Of a stretch of DNA of 64,000 nucleotides, positions 39,101 to 54,100 are shown piece after piece (position 1 is the stretch's first letter; the number at the start of each line of letters is the position of its first letter). Source of the stretch: Auanema rhodensis. Lineage: Eukaryota; Animalia; Nematoda. The notes below the pieces were generated by a model. The model saw only the letters and a list, made by a program, of their open reading frames with translations, had not been told where the DNA came from and ran no database searches. The translations under genes and the position numbers were made by a program. The stretch is taken from the NCBI GenBank assembly GCA_964057225.1, contig OZ059894.1:5208001-5272000 (forward strand), given 5' to 3'.

Positions 39101-42100
39101 TTAGTCTAAAAACAAATTTTTGTTGATATTGGTGAATGTTAACCATGACTTTCAAATTTACGTGAACTTCAATTTATGCTAATTAAGTGTACACGTGATG
39201 TGCACTTGGTATGTAACTCGCTTCACGTCAAAGATAAAGAGATGCGGTTTTCAAAATTAGATTCCCGATGTCCATATTAGTCTAAAAACAAATTTTTGTT
39301 GATATTGGTGGATGGTAACCATGACTTTCAAATTTACGTGAACTTCAATTTATGCTAATTAAGTGTACACGTGATGTGCACTTGGTACGTAATTCGCTTC
39401 AAGTCAAAGATAAAGAGATGCGGTTTTCAAAATTAGATTTCGCATGTCCATATTAGTCTAAAAACAAATTTTTATTGATATTGGTGCATGGTAACCATGA
39501 CTTTAAAATTTACGTGAACTTTAATTTATGCTGATTAAGTGAACACATGATGTGCACTTGGTATGTAACTCGCTTCACGTGAAAGATGAAGAGATGCGGT
39601 TTTCAAAATTAGATTCCCCATGTCCATATTAGTCTAAAAACAAATTTTTGTTGATATTGGTGAATGGTAACCATGACTTTCAAATTTACGTGAACTTCAA
39701 TTTATGCTAATTAAGTGTACACGTGATGTGCACTTGGTATGTAACTCGCTTCACGTGAAAGATAAAGGGATGCGGTTGCCAAAATTAGATTCCTCATGTC
39801 CATTTTAGTCTAAAAACAAATTTTTGTTGATATTGGTGGATGGTAACCATGACTTTCAAATTTACGTGTACTTCAATTTATGCTAATTAAGTGAACACAT
39901 GATGTGCACTTGGTATGTAACTCGCTTCACGTGAAAGATAAAGAGATGCGGTTTTCAAAATTAGATTCCTCATGTCCATATTAGTCTAAAAACGAATTTT
40001 TATTGATATTGATGCATGGTAACCATGAATTTGAAATTTACGTGAACTTTAATTTATGCTAATTAAGTGTACACATGATGTGCACTTGGTATGTAACTCG
40101 CTTCAAGTGAAAGATAAAGAGATGCGGTTTTCAAAATTAGATTTCGCATGTCCATATTAGTCTACAAACAAATTTTTATTGATATTGGTGCATGGTAACC
40201 ATGACTTTAAAATTTACGTGAACTTTAATTTATGCTAATTAAGTGAACACATGATGTGCACTTGGTATGTAACTCGCTTCACGTGAAAGATAAAGAGATG
40301 CGGTTTCCAAAATTAGATTCCTCATGTCCATATTAGTCTAAAAACAAATTTTTGTTGATATTGGTGGATGGTAACCATGACTTTCAAATTTACGTGAACT
40401 TTAATTTATGCTAATTAAGTGAACACATGATGTGCACTTGGTATGTAACTCGCTTCACGTGAAAGATAAAGAGATGCGGTTTTCAAAATTAGATTCCTCA
40501 TGTCCATATTAGTCTAAAAACGAATTTTTATTGATATTGATGCATGGTAACCATGAATTTGAAATTTACGTGAACTTTAATTTATGCTAATTAAGTGTAC
40601 ACATGATGTGCACTTGGTATGTAACTCGCTTCAAGTGAAAGATAAAGAGATGCGGTTTTCAAAATTAGATTTCGCATGTCCATATTAGTCTACAAACAAA
40701 TTTTTATTGATATTGGTGCATGGTAACCATGACTTTAAAATTTACGTGAACTTTAATTTATGCTAATTAAGTGAACACATGATGTGCACTTGGTATGTAA
40801 CTCGCTTCACGTGAAAGATGAAGAGATGCGGTTTCCAAAATTAGATTCCTCATGTCCATATTAGTCTAAAAACAAATTTTTGTTGATATTGGTGGATGGT
40901 AACCATGACTTTCAAATTTACGTGAACTTCAATTTATGCTAATTAAGTGTACACGTGATGTGCACTTGGTATGTAACTCGCTTCACGTGAAAGATAAAGA
41001 GATGCGGTTTTCAAAATTAGATTCCCGATGTCCATATTAGTCTAAAAACAAATTTTTGTTGATATTGGTGGATGGTAACCATGACTTTCAAATTTACGTG
41101 AACTTCAATTTATGCTAATTAAGTGTACACGTGATGTGCACTTGGTACGTAATTCGCTTCAAGTCAAAGATAAAGAGATGCGGTTTCCAAAATTAGATTT
41201 CCCATGTCCATATTAGTCTAAAAACAAATTTTTATTAATATTGGTGCATGGTAACCATGACTTTAAAATTTACGTGAACTTTAATTTATGCTAATTAAGT
41301 GTACACGTGATGTGCACTTGGTATGTAACTCGCTTCAAGTGAAAGATAAAGAGATGCGGTTTTCAAAATTAGATTTCGCATGTCCATATTAGTCTAAAAA
41401 CAAATTTTTATTGATATTGGTGCATGGTAACCATGACTTTAAAATTTACGTGAACTTTAATTTATGCTGATTAAGTGAACACATGATGTGCACTTGGTAT
41501 GTAACTCGCTTCACGTGAAAGATAAAGGGATGCGGTTTCCAAAAATAGATTCCCGATGTCCATATTAGTCTAAAAACAAATTTTTATTGATATTGGTGGA
41601 TGGTAACCATGACTTTCAAATTTACGTGTACTTCAATTTATGCTAATTAAGTGTACACGTGATGTGCACTTGGTATGTAACTCGCTTCAAGTCAAAGATA
41701 AAGAGATGCGGTTTTCAAAATTAGATTTCGCATGTCCATATTAGTCTAAAAACAAATTTTTATTGATATTGATGCATGGTAACCATGACTTTCAAATTTA
41801 CGTGTACTTCAATTTATGCTAATTAAGTGTACACGTGATGTGCACTTGGTATGTAACTCGCTTCACGTCAAAGATAAAGAGATGCGGTTTTCAAAATTAG
41901 ATTTCGCATGTCCATATTAGTCTAAAAACAAATTTTTATTGATATTGATGCATGGTAACCATGACTTTCAAATTTACGTGTACTTCAATTTATGCTAATT
42001 AAGTGTACACGTGATGTGCACTTGGTATGTAACTCGCTTCACGTCAAAGATAAAGAGATGCGGTTTTCAAAATTAGATTCCCCATGTCCATATTAGTCTA

Positions 42101-45100
42101 AAAACAAATTTTTGTTGATATTGGTGCATGGTAACCATGACTTTGAAATTTACGTGAACTTTAATTTATGCTAATTAAGTGTACACATAATGTGCACTTG
42201 GTATGTAACTCGCTTCAAGTGAAAGATAAAGAGATGCGGTTTTCAAAATTAGATTTCGCATGTCCATATTAGTCTAAAAACAAATTTTTATTGATATTGG
42301 TGCATGGTAACCATGACTTTAAAATTTACGTGAACTTTAATTTATGCTAATTAAGTGAACACATGACGTGCACTTGGTATGTAACTCGCTTCACGTGAAA
42401 GATAAAGAGATGCGGTTTTCAAAATTAGATTCCTCATGTCCATATTAGTCTAAAAACGAATTTTTATTGATATTGATGCATGGTAACCATGACTTTGAAA
42501 TTTACGTGAACTTTAATTTATGCTAATTAAGTGTACACATGATGTGCACTTGGTATGTAACTCGCTTCACGTGAAAGATAAAGGGATGCGGTTGCCAAAA
42601 TTAGATTCCTCATGTCCATTTTAGTCTAAAAACAAATTTTTGTTGATATTGGTGGATGGTAACCATGACTTTCAAATTTACGTGTACTTCAATTTATGCT
42701 AATTAAGTGAACACATGATGTGCACTTGGTATGTAACTCGCTTCACGTGAAAGATAAAGAGATGCGGTTTTCAAAATTAGATTCCTCATGTCCATATTAG
42801 TCTAAAAACGAATTTTTATTGATATTGATGCATGGTAACCATGAATTTGAAATTTACGTGAACTTTAATTTATGCTAATTAAGTGTACACATGATGTGCA
42901 CTTGGTATGTAACTCGCTTCAAGTGAAAGATAAAGAGATGCGGTTTTCAAAATTAGATTTCGCATGTCCATATTAGTCTACAAACAAATTTTTATTGATA
43001 TTGGTGCATGGTAACCATGACTTTAAAATTTACGTGAACTTTAATTTATGCTAATTAAGTGAACACATGATGTGCACTTGGTATGTAACTCGCTTCACGT
43101 GAAAGATAAAGAGATGCGGTTTCCAAAATTAGATTCCTCATGTCCATATTAGTCTAAAAACAAATTTTTGTTGATATTGGTGGATGGTAACCATGACTTT
43201 CAAATTTACGTGAACTTCAATTTATGCTAATTAAGTGTACACGTGATGTGCACTTGGTATGTAACTCGCTTCACGTGAAAGATAAAGAGATGCGGTTTTC
43301 AAAATTAGATTCCCGATGTCCATATTAGTCTAAAAACAAATTTTTGTTGATATTGGTGGATGGTAACCATGACTTTCAAATTTACGTGAACTTCAATTTA
43401 TGCTAATTAAGTGTACACGTGATGTGCACTTGGTACGTAATTCGCTTCAAGTCAAAGATAAAGAGATGCGGTTTTCAAAATTAGATTCCCGATGTCCATA
43501 TTAGTCTAAAAACAAATTTTTATTGATATTGGTGCATGGTAACCATGACTTTAAAATTTACGTGAACTTTAATTTATGCTAATTAAGTGAACACATGATG
43601 TGCACTTGGTATGTAACTCGCTTCACGTGAAAGATAAAGAGATGCGGTTTTCAAAATTAGATTCCTCATGTCCATATTAGTCTAAAAACGAATTTTTATT
43701 GATATTGATGCATGGTAACCATGAATTTGAAATTTACGTGAACTTTAATTTATGCTAATTAAGTGTACACATGATGTGCACTTGGTATGTAACTCGCTTC
43801 AAGTGAAAGATAAAGAGATGCGGTTTTCAAAATTAGATTTCGCATGTCCATATTAGTCTACAAACAAATTTTTATTGATATTGGTGCATGGTAACCATGA
43901 CTTTAAAATTTACGTGAACTTTAATTTATGCTAATTAAGTGAACACATGATGTGCACTTGGTATGTAACTCGCTTCACGTGAAAGATGAAGAGATGCGGT
44001 TTCCAAAATTAGATTCCTCATGTCCATATTAGTCTAAAAACAAATTTTTGTTGATATTGGTGGATGGTAACCATGACTTTCAAATTTACGTGAACTTCAA
44101 TTTATGCTAATTAAGTGTACACGTGATGTGCACTTGGTATGTAACTCGCTTCACGTGAAAGATAAAGAGATGCGGTTTTCAAAATTAGATTCCCGATGTC
44201 CATATTAGTCTAAAAACAAATTTTTGTTGATATTGGTGGATGGTAACCATGACTTTCAAATTTACGTGAACTTCAATTTATGCTAATTAAGTGTACACGT
44301 GATGTGCACTTGGTACGTAATTCGCTTCAAGTCAAAGATAAAGAGATGCGGTTTCCAAAATTAGATTTCCCATGTCCATATTAGTCTAAAAACAAATTTT
44401 TATTAATATTGGTGCATGGTAACCATGACTTTAAAATTTACGTGAACTTTAATTTATGCTAATTAAGTGTACACGTGATGTGCACTTGGTATGTAACTCG
44501 CTTCAAGTGAAAGATAAAGAGATGCGGTTTTCAAAATTAGATTTCGCATGTCCATATTAGTCTAAAAACAAATTTTTATTGATATTGGTGCATGGTAACC
44601 ATGACTTTAAAATTTACGTGAACTTTAATTTATGCTGATTAAGTGAACACATGATGTGCACTTGGTATGTAACTCGCTTCACGTGAAAGATAAAGGGATG
44701 CGGTTTCCAAAAATAGATTCCCGATGTCCATATTAGTCTAAAAACAAATTTTTATTGATATTGGTGGATGGTAACCATGACTTTCAAATTTACGTGTACT
44801 TCAATTTATGCTAATTAAGTGTACACGTGATGTGCACTTGGTATGTAACTCGCTTCAAGTCAAAGATAAAGAGATGCGGTTTTCAAAATTAGATTTCGCA
44901 TGTCCATATTAGTCTAAAAACAAATTTTTATTGATATTGATGCATGGTAACCATGACTTTCAAATTTACGTGTACTTCAATTTATGCTAATTAAGTGTAC
45001 ACGTGATGTGCACTTGGTATGTAACTCGCTTCACGTCAAAGATAAAGAGATGCGGTTTTCAAAATTAGATTTCGCATGTCCATATTAGTCTAAAAACAAA

Positions 45101-48100
45101 TTTTTATTGATATTGATGCATGGTAACCATGACTTTCAAATTTACGTGTACTTCAATTTATGCTAATTAAGTGTACACGTGATGTGCACTTGGTATGTAA
45201 CTCGCTTCACGTCAAAGATAAAGAGATGCGGTTTTCAAAATTAGATTCCCCATGTCCATATTAGTCTAAAAACAAATTTTTGTTGATATTGGTGCATGGT
45301 AACCATGACTTTGAAATTTACGTGAACTTTAATTTATGCTAATTAAGTGTACACATAATGTGCACTTGGTATGTAACTCGCTTCAAGTGAAAGATAAAGA
45401 GATGCGGTTTTCAAAATTAGATTTCGCATGTCCATATTAGTCTAAAAACAAATTTTTATTGATATTGGTGCATGGTAACCATGACTTTAAAATTTACGTG
45501 AACTTTAATTTATGCTAATTAAGTGAACACATGACGTGCACTTGGTATGTAACTCGCTTCACGTGAAAGATAAAGAGATGCGGTTTTCAAAATTAGATTC
45601 CTCATGTCCATATTAGTCTAAAAACGAATTTTTATTGATATTGATGCATGGTAACCATGACTTTGAAATTTACGTGAACTTTAATTTATGCTTATTAAGT
45701 GTACACGTGATGTGCACTTGGTATGTAACTCGCTTCACGTGAAAGATAAAGGGATGCGGTTTTCAAAATTAGATTCCTCATGTCCATTTTAGTCTAAAAA
45801 CAAATTTTTGTTGATATTGGTGGATGGTAACCATGACTTTCAAATTTACGTGTACTTCAATTTATGCTAATTAAGTGTACACGTGATGTGCACTTGGTAT
45901 GTAACTCGCTTCAAGTCAAAGATAAAGAGATGCGGTTTTTAAAATTAGATTTCGCATGTCCATATTAGTCTAAAAACAAATTTTTATTGATATTGATGCA
46001 TGGTAACCATGACTTTCAAATTTACGTGTACTTCAATTTATGCTAATTAAGTGTACACGTGATGTGCACTTGGTATGTAACTCGCTTCACGTCAAAGATA
46101 AAGAGATGCGGTTTTCAAAATTAGATTCCCGATGTCCATATTAGTCTAAAAACAAATTTTTGTTGATATTGGTGGATGGTAACCATGACTTTCAAATTTA
46201 CGTGAACTTCAATTTATGCTATTTAAGTGTACACGTGATGTGCACTTGGTACGTAATTCGCTTCAAGTCAAAGATAAAGAGATGCGGTTTTCAAAATTAG
46301 ATTTCGCATGTCCATATTAGTCTAAAAACAAATTTTTATTGATATTGGTGCATGGTAACCATGACTTTAAAATTTACGTGAACTTTAATTTATGCTGATT
46401 AAGTGAACACATGATGTGCACTTGGTATGTAACTCGCTTCACGTGAAAGATAAAGAGATGCGGTTTTCAAAATTAGATTCCTCATGTCCATATTAGTCTA
46501 AAAACGAATTTTTATTGATATTGATGCATGGTAACCATGACTTTGAAATTTACGTGAACTTTAATTTATGCTTATTAAGTGTACACGTGATGTGCACTTG
46601 GTATGTAACTCGCTTCACGTGAAAGATAAAGGGATGCGGTTGCCAAAATTAGATTCCTCATTTCCATATTAGTCTAAAAACAAATTTTTGTTGATATTGG
46701 TGGATGGTAACCATGACTTTCAAATTTACGTGTACTTCAATTTATGCTAATTAAGTGTACACGTGATGTGCACTTGGTATGTAACTCGCTTCACGTCAAA
46801 GATAAAGAGATGCGGTTTTCAAAATTAGATTCCCGATGTCCATATTAGTCTAAAAACAAATTTTTATTGATATTGGTGCATGGTAACCATGACTTTGAAA
46901 TTTACGTGAACTTTAATTTATGCTAATTAAGTGTACACGTGATGTGCACTTGGTATGTAACTCGCTTCACGTGAAAGATGAAGAGATGCGGTTTTCAAAA
47001 TTAGATTCCCCATGTCCATATTAGTCTAAAAACAAATTTTTGTTGATATTGGTGAATGGTAACCATGACTTTCAAATTTACGTGAACTTCAATTTATGCT
47101 AATTAAGTGTACACGTGATGTGCACTTGGTATGTAACTCGCTTCACGTCAAAGATAAAGAGATGCGGTTTTCAAAATTAGATTCCCGATGTCCATATTAG
47201 TCTAAAAACAAATTTTTGTTGATATTGGTGGATGGTAACCATGACTTTCAAATTTACGTGAACTTTAATTTATGCTAATTAAGTGTACACGTGATGTGCA
47301 CTTGGTATGTAACTCGCTTCACTTGAAAGATGAAGAGATGCGGTTTTCAAAATTAGATTCCCCATGTCCATATTAGTCTAAAAACAAATTTTTGTTGATA
47401 TTGGTGAATGGTAACCATGACTTTCAAATTTACGTGAACTTCAATTTATGCTAATTAAGTGTACACGTGATGTGCACTTGGTATGTAACTCGCTTCACGT
47501 GAAAGATAAAGAGATGCGGTTTTCAAAATTAGATTCCTCATGTCCATATTAGTCTAAAAACGAATTTTTATTGATATTGATGCATGGTAACCATGAATTT
47601 GAAATTTACGTGAACTTTAATTTATGCTAATTAAGTGTACACGTGATGTGCACTTGGTATGTAACTCGCTTCACGTGAAAGATAAAGAGATGCGGTTTTC
47701 AAAATTAGATTTCTCATGTCCATATTAGTCTAAAAACGAATTTTTATTGATATTGATGTATGGTAACCATGACTTTGAAATTTACGTGAACTTTAATTTA
47801 TGCTTATTAAGTGTACACGTGATGTGCACTTGGTATGTAACTCGCTTCACGTGAAAGATAAAGAGATGCGGTTTTCAAAATTAGATTCCTCATGTCCATA
47901 TTAGTCTAAAAACGAATTTTTATTGATATTGATGCATGGTAACCATGAATTTGAAATTTACGTGAACTTTAATTTATGCTAATTAAGTGTACACGTGATG
48001 TGCACTTGGTATGTAACTCGCTTCACGTGAAAGATAAAGAGATGCGGTTTTCAAAATTAGATTTCTCATGTCCATATTAGTCTAAAAACGAATTTTTATT

Positions 48101-51100
48101 GATATTGATGTATGGTAACCATGACTTTGAAATTTACGTGAACTTCAATTTATGCTAATTAAGTGTACACGTGATGTGCACTTGGTATGTAACTCGCTTC
48201 ACGTCAAAGATAAAGAGATGCGGTTTTCAAAATTAGATTCCCGATGTCCATATTAGTCTAAAAACAAATTTTTGTTGATATTGGTGGATGGTAACCATGA
48301 CTTTCAAATTTACGTGAACTTCAATTTATGCTAATTAAGTGTACACGTGATGTGCACTTGGTACGTAATTCGCTTCAAGTCAAAGATAAAGAGATGCGGT
48401 TTTCAAAATTAGATTTCGCATGTCCATATTAGTCTAAAAACAAATTTTTATTGATATTGGTGCATGGTAACCATGCCTTTAAAATTTACGTGAACTTTAA
48501 TTTATGCTGATTAAGTGAACACATGATGTGCACTTGGTATGTAACTCGCTTCACGTGAAAGATGAAGATATGCGGTTTTCAAAATTAGATTCCCCATGTC
48601 CATATTAGTCTAAAAACAAATTTTTGTTGATATTGGTGAATGGTAACCATGACTTTCAAATTTACGTGAACTTCAATTTATGCTAATTAAGTGTACACGT
48701 GATGTGCACTTGGTATGTAACTCGCTTCACGTCAAAGATAAAGAGATGCGGTTTTCAAAATTAGATTCCCGATGTCCATATTAGTCTAAAAACAAATTTT
48801 TATTGATATTGGTGCATGGTAACCATGACTTTAAAATTTACGTGAACTTTAATTTATGCTAATTAAGTGAACACATGATGTGCACTTGGTATGTAACTCG
48901 CTTCACGTGAAAGATAAAGAGATGCGGTTTTCAAAATTAGATTCCTCATGTCCATATTAGTCTAAAAACGAATTTTTATTGATATTGATGCATGGTAACC
49001 ATGAATTTGAAATTTACGTGAACTTTAATTTATGCTAATTAAGTGTACACATGATGTGCACTTGGTATGTAACTCGCTTCAAGTGAAAGATAAAGAGATG
49101 CGGTTTTCAAAATTAGATTTCGCATGTCCATATTAGTCTACAAACAAATTTTTATTGATATTGGTGCATGGTAACCATGACTTTAAAATTTACGTGAACT
49201 TTAATTTATGCTAATTAAGTGAACACATGATGTGCACTTGGTATGTAACTCGCTTCACGTGAAAGATGAAGAGATGCGGTTTCCAAAATTAGATTCCTCA
49301 TGTCCATATTAGTCTAAAAACAAATTTTTGTTGATATTGGTGGATGGTAACCATGACTTTCAAATTTACGTGAACTTCAATTTATGCTAATTAAGTGTAC
49401 ACGTGATGTGCACTTGGTATGTAACTCGCTTCACGTGAAAGATAAAGAGATGCGGTTTTCAAAATTAGATTCCCGATGTCCATATTAGTCTAAAAACAAA
49501 TTTTTGTTGATATTGGTGGATGGTAACCATGACTTTCAAATTTACGTGAACTTCAATTTATGCTAATTAAGTGTACACGTGATGTGCACTTGGTACGTAA
49601 TTCGCTTCAAGTCAAAGATAAAGAGATGCGGTTTCCAAAATTAGATTTCCCATGTCCATATTAGTCTAAAAACAAATTTTTATTAATATTGGTGCATGGT
49701 AACCATGACTTTAAAATTTACGTGAACTTTAATTTATGCTAATTAAGTGTACACGTGATGTGCACTTGGTATGTAACTCGCTTCAAGTGAAAGATAAAGA
49801 GATGCGGTTTTCAAAATTAGATTTCGCATGTCCATATTAGTCTAAAAACAAATTTTTATTGATATTGGTGCATGGTAACCATGACTTTAAAATTTACGTG
49901 AACTTTAATTTATGCTGATTAAGTGAACACATGATGTGCACTTGGTATGTAACTCGCTTCACGTGAAAGATAAAGGGATGCGGTTTCCAAAAATAGATTC
50001 CCGATGTCCATATTAGTCTAAAAACAAATTTTTATTGATATTGGTGGATGGTAACCATGACTTTCAAATTTACGTGTACTTCAATTTATGCTGATTAAGT
50101 GTACACGTGATGTGCACTTGGTATGTAACTCGCTTCAAGTCAAAGATAAAGAGATGCGGTTTTCAAAATTAGATTTCGCATGTCCATATTAGTCTAAAAA
50201 CAAATTTTTATTGATATTGATGCATGGTAACCATGACTTTCAAATTTACGTGTACTTCAATTTATGCTAATTAAGTGTACACGTGATGTGCACTTGGTAT
50301 GTAACTCGCTTCACGTCAAAGATAAAGAGATGCGGTTTTCAAAATTAGATTTCGCATGTCCATATTAGTCTACAAACAAATTTTTATTGATATTGGTGCA
50401 TGGTAACCATGACTTTAAAATTTACGTGAACTTTAATTTATGCTAATTAAGTGAACACATGATTTGCACTTGGTATGTAACTCGCTTCACGTGAAAGATA
50501 AAGGGATGCGGTTGCCAAAATTAGATTCCTCATGTCCATATTAGTCTAAAAACAAATTTTTGTTGATATTGGTGGATGGTAACCATGACTTTCAAATTTA
50601 CGTGAACTTCAATTTATGCTGATTAAGTGAACACATGATTTGCACTTGGTATGTAACTCGCTTCACGTGAAAGATAAAGGGATGCGGTTGCCAAAATTAG
50701 ATTCCTCATGTCCATATTAGTCTAAAAACAAATTTTTGTTGATATTGGTGGATGGTAACCATGACTTTCAAATTTACGTGTACTTCAATTTATGCTAATT
50801 AAGTGTACACGTGATGTGCACTTGGTATGTAACTCGCTTCACGTCAAAGATAAAGAGATGCGGTTTTCAAAATTAGATTCCCGATGTCCATATTAGTCTA
50901 AAAACAAATTTTTATTGATATTGGTGCATGGTAACCATGACTTTGAAATTTACGTGAACTTTAATTTATGCTAATTAAGTGTACACGTGATGTGCACTTG
51001 GTATGTAACTCGCTTCACGTGAAAGATGAAGAGATGCGGTTTTCAAAATTAGATTCCCCATGTCCATATTAGTCTAAAAACAAATTTTTGTTGATATTGG

Positions 51101-54100
51101 TGAATGTTAACCATGACTTTCAAATTTACGTGAACTTCAATTTATGCTAATTAAGTGTACACGTGATGTGCACTTGGTATGTAACTCGCTTCACGTCAAA
51201 GATAAAGAGATGCGGTTTTCAAAATTAGATTCCCGATGTCCATATTAGTCTAAAAACAAATTTTTGTTGATATTGGTGGATGGTAACCATGACTTTCAAA
51301 TTTACGTGAACTTCAATTTATGCTAATTAAGTGTACACGTGATGTGCACTTGGTACGTAATTCGCTTCAAGTCAAAGATAAAGAGATGCGGTTTTCAAAA
51401 TTAGATTTCGCATGTCCATATTAGTCTAAAAACAAATTTTTATTGATATTGGTGCATGGTAACCATGACTTTAAAATTTACGTGAACTTTAATTTATGCT
51501 GATTAAGTGAACACATGATGTGCACTTGGTATGTAACTCGCTTCACGTGAAAGATGAAGAGATGCGGTTTTCAAAATTAGATTCCCCATGTCCATATTAG
51601 TCTAAAAACAAATTTTTGTTGATATTGGTGAATGGTAACCATGACTTTCAAATTTACGTGAACTTCAATTTATGCTAATTAAGTGTACACGTGATGTGCA
51701 CTTGGTATGTAACTCGCTTCACGTGAAAGATAAAGGGATGCGGTTGCCAAAATTAGATTCCTCATGTCCATTTTAGTCTAAAAACAAATTTTTGTTGATA
51801 TTGGTGGATGGTAACCATGACTTTCAAATTTACGTGTACTTCAATTTATGCTAATTAAGTGAACACATGATGTGCACTTGGTATGTAACTCGCTTCACGT
51901 GAAAGATAAAGAGATGCGGTTTTCAAAATTAGATTCCTCATGTCCATATTAGTCTAAAAACGAATTTTTATTGATATTGATGCATGGTAACCATGAATTT
52001 GAAATTTACGTGAACTTTAATTTATGCTAATTAAGTGTACACATGATGTGCACTTGGTATGTAACTCGCTTCAAGTGAAAGATAAAGAGATGCGGTTTTC
52101 AAAATTAGATTTCGCATGTCCATATTAGTCTACAAACAAATTTTTATTGATATTGGTGCATGGTAACCATGACTTTAAAATTTACGTGAACTTTAATTTA
52201 TGCTAATTAAGTGAACACATGATGTGCACTTGGTATGTAACTCGCTTCACGTGAAAGATAAAGAGATGCGGTTTCCAAAATTAGATTCCTCATGTCCATA
52301 TTAGTCTAAAAACAAATTTTTGTTGATATTGGTGGATGGTAACCATGACTTTCAAATTTACGTGAACTTTAATTTATGCTAATTAAGTGAACACATGATG
52401 TGCACTTGGTATGTAACTCGCTTCACGTGAAAGATAAAGAGATGCGGTTTTCAAAATTAGATTCCTCATGTCCATATTAGTCTAAAAACGAATTTTTATT
52501 GATATTGATGCATGGTAACCATGAATTTGAAATTTACGTGAACTTTAATTTATGCTAATTAAGTGTACACATGATGTGCACTTGGTATGTAACTCGCTTC
52601 AAGTGAAAGATAAAGAGATGCGGTTTGCAAAATTAGATTTCGCATGTCCATATTAGTCTACAAACAAATTTTTATTGATATTGGTGCATGGTAACCATGA
52701 CTTTAAAATTTACGTGAACTTTAATTTATGCTAATTAAGTGAACACATGATGTGCACTTGGTATGTAACTCGCTTCACGTGAAAGATGAAGAGATGCGGT
52801 TTCCAAAATTAGATTCCTCATGTCCATATTAGTCTAAAAACAAATTTTTGTTGATATTGGTGGATGGTAACCATGACTTTCAAATTTACGTGAACTTCAA
52901 TTTATGCTAATTAAGTGTACACGTGATGTGCACTTGGTATGTAACTCGCTTCACGTGAAAGATAAAGAGATGCGGTTTTCAAAATTAGATTCCCGATGTC
53001 CATATTAGTCTAAAAACAAATTTTTGTTGATATTGGTGGATGGTAACCATGACTTTCAAATTTACGTGAACTTCAATTTATGCTAATTAAGTGTACACGT
53101 GATGTGCACTTGGTACGTAATTCGCTTCAAGTCAAAGATAAAGAGATGCGGTTTCCAAAATTAGATTTCCCATGTCCATATTAGTCTAAAAACAAATTTT
53201 TATTAATATTGGTGCATGGTAACCATGACTTTAAAATTTACGTGAACTTTAATTTATGCTAATTAAGTGTACACGTGATGTGCACTTGGTATGTAACTCG
53301 CTTCAAGTGAAAGATAAAGAGATGCGGTTTTCAAAATTAGATTTCGCATGTCCATATTAGTCTAAAAACAAATTTTTATTGATATTGGTGCATGGTAACC
53401 ATGACTTTAAAATTTACGTGAACTTTAATTTATGCTGATTAAGTGAACACATGATGTGCACTTGGTATGTAACTCGCTTCACGTGAAAGATAAAGGGATG
53501 CGGTTTCCAAAAATAGATTCCCGATGTCCATATTAGTCTAAAAACAAATTTTTATTGATATTGGTGGATGGTAACCATGACTTTCAAATTTACGTGTACT
53601 TCAATTTATGCTAATTAAGTGTACACGTGATGTGCACTTGGTATGTAACTCGCTTCAAGTCAAAGATAAAGAGATGCGGTTTTCAAAATTAGATTTCGCA
53701 TGTCCATATTAGTCTAAAAACAAATTTTTATTGATATTGATGCATGGTAACCATGACTTTCAAATTTACGTGTACTTCAATTTATGCTAATTAAGTGTAC
53801 ACGTGATGTGCACTTGGTATGTAACTCGCTTCACGTCAAAGATAAAGAGATGCGGTTTTCAAAATTAGATTTCGCATGTCCATATTAGTCTAAAAACAAA
53901 TTTTTATTGATATTGATGCATGGTAACCATGACTTTCAAATTTACGTGTACTTCAATTTATGCTAATTAAGTGTACACGTGATGTGCACTTGGTATGTAA
54001 CTCGCTTCACGTCAAAGATAAAGAGATGCGGTTTTCAAAATTAGATTCCCCATGTCCATATTAGTCTAAAAACAAATTTTTGTTGATATTGGTGCATGGT

